Below, in pieces: positions 1 through 5,560 of a DNA stretch of 5,560 nt. Source of the stretch: Ascoidea asiatica JCM 7603 (lineage: Eukaryota; Fungi; Ascomycota). Position numbers and translations under genes: made by a program. Within the stretch, counting starts at the first letter, position 1. Each line of letters opens with the position of its first letter. The stretch lies in the NCBI GenBank assembly GCA_001600695.1, contig BCKQ01000010.1, positions 522,371-527,930 on the forward strand, in the 5' to 3' direction. A model generated the notes under the pieces. That model had not been told where the DNA came from, searched no databases, and saw only the letters and a list, made by a program, of their open reading frames with translations.

Positions 1-1
1 T

Positions 2-3000
2 GATAACAACAACAACAATACTGGAAATTCAGATAATACTGAAAATACACTAACCTCAATAAATGATGAAAATTCTTTTAATAATATAAATTTATTAAAT
101 CAAAATTCAATTTATCATAAAAATATTCATTGGAAAGATTTAAAAGTTGGCGATGTAATACATTTAAAACAAGATCAATTAGTACCTGCAGATATATTAA
201 TTTTAACTTCTGATAATCAAAATAATAACGTATTTATAGAAACAATGGATTTGGATGGTGAAACAAACTTAAAAACAAAACTATCTCATATAGAATTAAA
301 TAATTATTGTAATAATGTCAATGGTTTATTAAATATAAATTTTTTAATAACAACTGAAGATCCAAATCAAAATTTATATAATTTTGAAGGTTATTTAAAC
401 AATAACCAAAATATAAAATTTCCTTTAAATTCTGATCATGTTATTTATAGAGGTTCAGTTATTAGAAATACGAATAATCTATTAGGTTTAGTATTATTCA
501 CTGGTGAAGAATCAAAAATTAGAATGAATGCAATTAAAAATCCAAGAACTAAAGCTCCAAAATTACAACATCAAATTAATATTATAATTTTATTTATGAT
601 AGTTTTTGTATTTTCATTAGCTATATTTTCATTAATTGCGGAATTAATTCAATATCATAAAAAAAAAGATGAAAACTTTTATCTTTTAAATCAAGATGTT
701 GGTGGTACAGCAACCTTTATGGGATTTTTAATCATGTATTATACCTTTATACCTTTGTCCTTATATGTTACTTTAGAATTAATTAAAGTTACTCAATTAT
801 TATTTTTGCAATGGGATATTGATATGTATTATCCCTTAACTAACACTCCATGTGAAGCAAGAACTGCAACAATTTTAGAGGAATTAGGTCAAGTTAGTTA
901 TGTATTCAGTGATAAAACAGGTACTTTAACTGATAATTTAATGATATTTAGAAAATTTTCAATTTCTGGAGTTTCTTGGTTGCATGATATTGATTTACTA
1001 TTAAATGAAGATAATGATGAAAGATTATCAATTGATATAACAAGACCAAATTCATTTGATAATAATGATGTGATTATTGATAATATTGATGCTGTACTAA
1101 ATGAAGAAGAAACAACAAACTTAAATATGAATAGAAAAAAATCAGTATTATCCAATCATCAAGTTACTGGTAGAGGGTCTGTTGATATTAGAAGAGGTGC
1201 AGGTACTTCAACTTATACTGGTAGGCCAAGTTTAGCCTCTTTAAGTCATGACTTCAATGAAACTACAAATGATACTTCGAATGATAGTAATAATAATAAT
1301 AATAAAAGATTAAGTATGACTTCAGAATGGAAATCCGACGCAGTTCCAAATAAAGTTCAAAATATAAAATCTTCTTTAGATTTAATTTTATTCATACAAA
1401 AAAATCCAAATCATTTATATTCTCAAAAAGCAAAATTTTTTATTTTGTGTTTATCATTATGTCATTCATGTTTTCCCAAAAAAATTGATTTGGATGATAA
1501 GAAAAGTTCAAATAATGATACAATTGAATATCAATCATCCTCTCCAGATGAATTAGCTTTAGTTACAGCTGCAAGAGATATGGGATTTGTTGTATTTGAT
1601 AAAGTCAATAATATCTTAACTTTACAAACTTATCCGAATGGCTTAAATAATACTCCAATCAAAGAAAATTATGAAATCTTAGATACAATTGAGTTTAATT
1701 CAGTTAGAAAAAGAATGTCAGTTATTGTAAGATTTCCAGAGGGTAAAATTTGTTTACTCTGTAAAGGTGCAGATAATATTATTCTTGAAAATTCCAAACA
1801 TGCTGAATTATCAAAAGAAATTATGAAAAAAATTGCAAATGTTAGTCAAAATCGTAAAGTTGCGGAAGCTGAAATTGCTTTACAAAATAAAACTTCAATG
1901 GATGGAGTAAAAAGTATTGTTAGAGCTTCAATGCAATATGGTTCTGATATGGGCCAAGAAACAATTGATGATATTTTATTTAATGATAATAGAAATAATA
2001 TTGAGATTGAAGATATTGCAGAAGCATCAAGAAAAAGTTTAAAAAGAAATCAAAGTCAAAGATATAGTATTGATGCTCGAAGAGGGGTTTCTCAAGACAC
2101 TACAAGAACTTCAGGAACTTCTAGAATGAACAAAGTTAAAGATTATATTGGAGATGAAACTTTAATTTCAAATGATGCATATGTAATTGAGAGAACTTTA
2201 GAACATATAGAGGAGTTTTCAACTGAAGGTTTAAGAACATTATTATATTCTTTTAAATTTTTAGGAGATAAAGAATATGAGGAATGGTCTAATGAATATG
2301 CAGAAGCTAAAGCTGCAATCGTAAATAGAAGTGAAAGATTGGATAAACTTGGAGCAGAAATTGAAAAAGGTCTTGAAATTTGTGGAGCAACTGCAATTGA
2401 AGATAAATTACAATATGGAGTTGCAGATGCAATTGATAAAATTAGAAGAGCGGGAATCAAAATGTGGATGTTAACCGGTGATAAAAGAGAAACTGCAATT
2501 AATATTGGTTATTCATGTAGATTAATAAAAGATTATTCTACAGTTGTTATATTAAGTAATGATGAAGGAGAAGATGCTTTAACACAAAAAATTGCGGCAG
2601 CAGAATTAGAATTAACAGCAGGAAATGTTGCTCATTGTGTTGTAGTTATTGATGGATCAACATTAACATCAATTGAAAATGATGAAACAATATTCAATAT
2701 GTTTATAAGTTTAGGTACGAAATCAGATTCTGTTATTTGTTGTAGAGCAAGTCCAAGTCAAAAAGCAAAATTAGTTTTATCGGTTAGAGAAAAATATAAA
2801 AGATTAGTTACATTAGCAATTGGAGATGGGGCTAATGATATTGCAATGATTCAAAGTGCAGATATTGGAATTGGAATTACGGGGAAAGAAGGGTTACAAG
2901 CAGCAAGATCATCGGATTATTCAATTGCACAATTTCGATTTTTAATTAAATTATTATTTGTTCATGGAAGATATAATTATATTAGAACATCAAAATTTGT

Positions 3001-4168
3001 TTTATTGACATTTTATAAAGAATTGATGTTTTATATTTCCCAATTTTTATTTCAATCCAATACAATGTTTACAGGTACATCATTATATGAATCATGGTCA
3101 TTATCAATGTTTAATACATTATTTACATCATTACCAGTATTATGTATTGGAATGTTTGAAAAAGATTTAAAACCAGCAACATTAATTGCAGTACCTGAAT
3201 TATATTCAATCGGTATTCATAACAAAGCATTTAATTTCAAATTATTTCTTGAATGGTTATTATTATCAGTTACTATTAGTGTCGCAGTTTCATTTTCATC
3301 ATGGTATCTTTGGGGATATTATTCATTTAAAGATAACACATTTTATCCAATGGGTACAATGACATTTACAGCTTTTGTAATAATTATAAATATTAAGTGT
3401 CAATTTATTGAAACAAGAAATAAAACAATATTATCATTTTTATCAGCATTTATTGAAATTGGTGGATGGTTTGTTTGGTGTATGTTTTTACCAGTTTTAT
3501 ATCAAGGCAGAGATTCTTCAAAGATTTATTTTGTTGATGATGGATTATATAGAGAATTTGGTACAGATCCAACATGGTGGGCAGGAGCATTGTTTTTAAC
3601 AACTTTAGGATTAATGATTGAAATTTTAATAAAATCATTTAAAAATTGGTTATTTCCAGATGATGTTGATTATTTTCAACAATTTGAAAGACAATATAAA
3701 GTTAGAAAATTATTTGAAGAGCTTTCCCAAGAAGTTCTTGGACAAACTTGGAATAGTTTAACAACAAAAAGTTTTCATAATATAAGGAATAGTAAACTTA
3801 ATAAAAATGTTAAATCTATACTAAAGAAAAAGAATAATAGTAACAATATGGAAAATGATATTGAAACAATATCAGTGAATAGAAATGATATTGAAACAAT
3901 ATTAGTGAATAGAAATGATAGTATAATGACAGGAAATAATAACAATAATAATAATGTTAATGAGTCTTATTTCATTAATAGAAATGAATCAATAGTTAGT
4001 GATGATCCAAATTATTCTGTTGATGTTTTACCTTCCGGTAAAGTAGTTAAAAGACGTATCAATGATACAGCAATTACAAAAATTGGTAAAAAACTTAGAT
4101 TTATTGATGAAGAAGAAGATGATGATTCATTTATTGAAAACATCATAAAAAATAGAGACACTCAATAA
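2..4168 (+). CDS. DNF3: P4-type ATPase / phospholipid flippase, Dnf3 subfamily (5'-partial; 1388 aa visible, true start upstream of window)
   Basis: Frame is stop-free from base 2 (DNNNNNTG...HWKDLKVGDVIHLKQDQLVPADILIL...FIETMDLDGETNLK) to TAA at 4166-4168. P-type/P4 motifs: DGETNLK (254-274), TM4 PLSLY (752-766), DKTGTLT phosphorylation site (911-931), YQSSSPDE, FNSVRKRMSVIV, KGAD (1763-1774), TEGLRTL, AIEDKLQ, LTGDKRETA, CCRASPSQK, GDGAND (2822-2839), then hydrophobic segments consistent with TM5-10. PLSL rather than PISL, FYKE rather than FYKN (3011-3022), RTATILEELGQ and RMNAIKNPRTKAPKLQ match my recollection of yeast Dnf3 rather than Drs2, Dnf1/2 or Neo1. Confidence 0.95.
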   Translation, partial: DNNNNNTGNSDNTENTLTSINDENSFNNINLLNQNSIYHKNIHWKDLKVGDVIHLKQDQLVPADILILTSDNQNNNVFIETMDLDGETNLKTKLSHIELNNYCNNVNGLLNINFLITTEDPNQNLYNFEGYLNNNQNIKFPLNSDHVIYRGSVIRNTNNLLGLVLFTGEESKIRMNAIKNPRTKAPKLQHQINIIILFMIVFVFSLAIFSLIAELIQYHKKKDENFYLLNQDVGGTATFMGFLIMYYTFIPLSLYVTLELIKVTQLLFLQWDIDMYYPLTNTPCEARTATILEELGQVSYVFSDKTGTLTDNLMIFRKFSISGVSWLHDIDLLLNEDNDERLSIDITRPNSFDNNDVIIDNIDAVLNEEETTNLNMNRKKSVLSNHQVTGRGSVDIRRGAGTSTYTGRPSLASLSHDFNETTNDTSNDSNNNNNKRLSMTSEWKSDAVPNKVQNIKSSLDLILFIQKNPNHLYSQKAKFFILCLSLCHSCFPKKIDLDDKKSSNNDTIEYQSSSPDELALVTAARDMGFVVFDKVNNILTLQTYPNGLNNTPIKENYEILDTIEFNSVRKRMSVIVRFPEGKICLLCKGADNIILENSKHAELSKEIMKKIANVSQNRKVAEAEIALQNKTSMDGVKSIVRASMQYGSDMGQETIDDILFNDNRNNIEIEDIAEASRKSLKRNQSQRYSIDARRGVSQDTTRTSGTSRMNKVKDYIGDETLISNDAYVIERTLEHIEEFSTEGLRTLLYSFKFLGDKEYEEWSNEYAEAKAAIVNRSERLDKLGAEIEKGLEICGATAIEDKLQYGVADAIDKIRRAGIKMWMLTGDKRETAINIGYSCRLIKDYSTVVILSNDEGEDALTQKIAAAELELTAGNVAHCVVVIDGSTLTSIENDETIFNMFISLGTKSDSVICCRASPSQKAKLVLSVREKYKRLVTLAIGDGANDIAMIQSADIGIGITGKEGLQAARSSDYSIAQFRFLIKLLFVHGRYNYIRTSKFVLLTFYKELMFYISQFLFQSNTMFTGTSLYESWSLSMFNTLFTSLPVLCIGMFEKDLKPATLIAVPELYSIGIHNKAFNFKLFLEWLLLSVTISVAVSFSSWYLWGYYSFKDNTFYPMGTMTFTAFVIIINIKCQFIETRNKTILSFLSAFIEIGGWFVWCMFLPVLYQGRDSSKIYFVDDGLYREFGTDPTWWAGALFLTTLGLMIEILIKSFKNWLFPDDVDYFQQFERQYKVRKLFEELSQEVLGQTWNSLTTKSFHNIRNSKLNKNVKSILKKKNNSNNMENDIETISVNRNDIETILVNRNDSIMTGNNNNNNNVNESYFINRNESIVSDDPNYSVDVLPSGKVVKRRINDTAITKIGKKLRFIDEEEDDDSFIENIIKNRDTQ
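3853..3920 (+). repeat. In-frame 30-bp tandem duplication (~2.3 copies) encoding NDIETISVNR / NDIETILVNR / ND
   Basis: aaatgatattgaaacaatatcagtgaatag (3853-3882) and aaatgatattgaaacaatattagtgaatag (3883-3912) differ at one base; partial third copy aaatgata (3913-3920). Confidence 0.95.
3935..3952 (+). repeat. Poly-Asn (AAT/AAC) coding microsatellite; similar N5 tracts at 5-19 and 1289-1303
   Basis: aat aat aac aat aat aat in frame; all three tracts lie in low-complexity inserts or tails of the ATPase. Confidence 0.85.
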
Positions 4169-4500
4169 CTAAATGAAAGATATTTTTTTTGTGTTTTGTA
4201 TTTTTAATTCTCATACTTTTATATGATATCATATCATATGATACCTATACTATTATATTTTATTAGATATACAATGAATACAATAGAAGATATGATATCA
4301 AAAATAGTTAAATTATTTACTATTTTAATGGCTTATACGGTATATTTAAATTATGTTCTCCTTTATCTCATTTTTTTTCTAAAAATTTACATTACAGCTT
4401 TACTTTATCACATTAAACTTTTGTTCTTCAATTCTTTTTTTTTCTGCTTCATCTGTTATTACTTTCTTGCTTTCTTGCTCTTTTTATGTTATTATATATA
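4169..4500 (+). terminator. Probable 3' UTR / polyadenylation region of the flippase gene
   Basis: T-rich tract directly after the stop, TA-rich repeats, a long pyrimidine-rich stretch (~4355-4490) and TATATATA (4493-4500), which resembles the yeast 3'-end efficiency element. The cleavage site cannot be placed. Confidence 0.45.
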
Positions 4501-4553
4501 TGGTTAAACAAGTGTTTAAATTCAAAATCAAACTCTATTCAGTATCAATTAGA

Positions 4554-4561
4554 TATATAAA
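4554..4561 (+). promoter_or_regulatory. TATA-box consensus match (TATATAAA) ~80 bp upstream of the GC-richer island
   Basis: Exact TATAWAWR match; could equally be a 3'-end efficiency element or chance in >80% AT DNA. Confidence 0.3.
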
Positions 4562-4640
4562 TTAGAAATATCGAAAACTAAAAATTTCAATGGAATAAAT
4601 TCATTTTAAATATTGAATTTAAATGAAGAACTTAAATGTA

Positions 4641-4948
4641 GATTTACGAATACTCAAGAAACCATTCGAGTTTTGTCAGTTGACCGTTGTAAAACTTCAT
4701 AATTTTACCCTGTGCATCGCACTACTTTTATCTGCATTATACTTTACTTCCTACTGTGACCCGCATAAGCGAAGTTTGCTTTAAAAACAGAGCCCTAAAG
4801 CAATCTCAAAAAAGACCCTTATTTATGGTCTCAAACTGGTTTAAAAAAAATAAAATCCATATACCCCCATGGCTTCTATACAAAAATATTTTTTGTGACT
4901 CTGTGTATAAGTGATGCTACTAAAATGTTACTTTAAGTCCAAAATATT
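4641..4948. other. GC-richer non-coding island (candidate structured ncRNA or regulatory element)
   Basis: Hand count: 97 G+C in 280 bp (4641-4920, ~35%) versus 26/140 (4501-4640) and 26/160 (4941-5100). No ORF in the track, several inverted repeats. I recognise no known RNA family in it. Confidence 0.4.
4791..4798 (+). promoter_or_regulatory. Tbf1-type binding motif (AGCCCTAA / TTAGGGCT)
   Basis: Exact match to the yeast Tbf1 consensus ARCCCTAA inside the GC-richer island; motif match only. Confidence 0.4.
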
Positions 4949-5028
4949 ATTTTATAAAGTTTTGTTAAATAATGGAAAATAAAGAAAAGAATATGTTCAT
5001 TTAATAAGGGAATAATAGCAAAATAAGC

Positions 5029-5036
5029 TATATAAA
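5029..5036. promoter_or_regulatory. TATATAAA: TATA box on + strand, or TATATA efficiency element for the minus-strand gene
   Basis: Consensus match ~270 bp past the stop of the minus-strand CDS, in a region that is T-rich on that gene's sense strand. Confidence 0.3.
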
Positions 5037-5307
5037 GTTAAAATAGATGATACAAATAAAAAAAATAAAGTATAAGAAGAAAAGCAATCATTCAAAAAAA
5101 TATAGATTACAGTAAAAAAATTCTCAATTCCAAATTTTGATATAAAAAAACATTGGTAAGAATAGTTGAAACTAACCTTTATCAACAACACCAAACAACA
5201 GTATAAACTTCATAAAAAACATAACAACATAAACAGCACCATTTTTTTTGAAAGGTTTTTGATTTTTCGATTTTTTTTGATTTTTTTAATAAGTTTTAGC
5301 AGTGATT

Positions 5308-5559
5308 CTAGAATAAAAATTTCCAAAACAATATGAGTATTTTGATTAAAAAAAAGAAAAAAATAAGTATAATTGATTTCCAAATTAGATAATTTAATAA
5401 TTGGATACCCAAGTCATCTTCAATTTTTTTGATTAATGTTTTTTTGAAAATTTCTTTAGAGAATAAAGTATTTTCTTTAAGTTTATAGTTATTATCAATA
5501 CTATAATTAATACCTTTGAATTTATAATCACTAGTTGAGTTGAATTCTTTATAATTATT
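5308..5559 (-). CDS. 3' end of a convergent protein-coding gene, product unknown, with C-terminal hydrophobic (possible tail-anchor) segment
   Basis: Minus-strand frame open from the window edge for 83 codons: NNYKEFNSTSDYKFKGINYSIDNNYKLKENTLFSKEIFKKTLIKKIEDDLGIQLLNYLIWKSIILIFFFFLIKILILFWKFLF, TAG at 5310-5308. Codon usage (aat, tat, aaa, gaa, att, tta) matches the ATPase. It contains no ATG, which probably explains its absence from the ORF track. Confidence 0.72.
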   Translation of the reverse strand, partial: NNYKEFNSTSDYKFKGINYSIDNNYKLKENTLFSKEIFKKTLIKKIEDDLGIQLLNYLIWKSIILIFFFFLIKILILFWKFLF

Positions 5560-5560
5560 A

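Noticed and set aside
898-1155. 85-aa minus-strand ORF
   Set aside because: Antisense shadow of the ATPase; its Ser/Leu/Ile/Phe-rich composition is what the reverse complement of gat/gaa/aat codons gives.
2143-2460. 105-aa minus-strand ORF
   Set aside because: Antisense to conserved N/P-domain coding sequence; no independent motif.
3408-3638. 63-aa (+, alternate frame) and 62-aa (-) ORFs
   Set aside because: Short, nested in the ATPase transmembrane region, no recognisable features.
4400-4483. Protein-like minus-strand peptide KEQESKKVITDEAEKKRIEEQKFNVIK*
   Set aside because: Bounded upstream by TAA with no ATG and no credible branch point or acceptor; explained by purine-rich composition.
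4223-4507. 94-aa hydrophobic ORF after the flippase stop
   Set aside because: F/L/Y/I richness follows from a T-rich 3' UTR; it starts only ~55 bp after the upstream stop, leaving little room for a promoter. A small membrane protein cannot be fully excluded without Ribo-seq.
4408-4584. Point-centromere-like pair: ATCACATT (CDEI-like) and TCGAAAACTAAAAA (CDEIII-like)
   Set aside because: The essential CCG of CDEIII and the upstream TGT are missing, CDEI is imperfect, and the intervening DNA contains too many C residues for CDEII.
4708-4729. CCCTGTG...ACTTTT complementary to LSU rRNA AAAAGUUACCACAGGG, like an H/ACA guide pocket
   Set aside because: Only 9 nt separate the two arms (no upper stem), no proper H or ACA box follows, and I know of no pseudouridine at that site.
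4708-4868. G-quadruplex on the minus strand from five GGG runs
   Set aside because: Loops of ~20-50 nt are too long for a canonical G4.
4641-4948. Assignment of the island to tRNA, 5S, U1-U6, U3, snR30, RNase P/MRP or SRP RNA
   Set aside because: No cloverleaf or B-box, no signature motifs of these families; AAACCAT (snR30 m2-like, 4659-4665) lacks the m1 motif and the downstream ACA.
4946-4984. Possible telomerase-type pseudoknot (attattt/aaataat with ttttgtt/aataaag)
   Set aside because: All A-U/G-U pairs, easily found by chance at this AT content, and loop 1 is not U-rich.
4997-5194. 65-aa minus-strand ORF
   Set aside because: Non-ATG start (TTG) and lies in the T-rich presumed 3' UTR of the minus-strand gene.
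1-5560. Mobile elements, CRISPR arrays, prokaryotic systems, introns in the ATPase
   Set aside because: No transposase or reverse transcriptase ORF, LTR/TIR pair or repeat-spacer array seen; the ATPase frame is uninterrupted.

Overview
Very AT-rich eukaryotic DNA that looks like budding yeast (Saccharomycotina). Most of the window (<2..4168, +) is the intronless, 5'-truncated coding sequence of a P4-type ATPase (phospholipid flippase) of the fungal Dnf3 subfamily. The frame is open from base 2, so the track's Met at 245 is internal. The right end (5308..>5559, -) holds the 3' end of a second, convergent gene that the ORF track missed; it ends in a hydrophobic, tail-anchor-like segment. The 1,139-bp spacer between the two stops contains a ~300-bp island of about 35% GC (flanks ~16-19%) with short hairpins, co-oriented Tbf1/Reb1/Rap1-like motifs and TATA-like elements. 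Further downstream is an Sm-site / 5' splice site / branch point / CAG arrangement. The best leads are (i) an unusual Tyr at a lipid-specificity position in flippase TM4 (YYT instead of YNT) and (ii) a possible unannotated ncRNA or roadblock element in the spacer. Both are hypotheses; no novel system is demonstrated from sequence alone.
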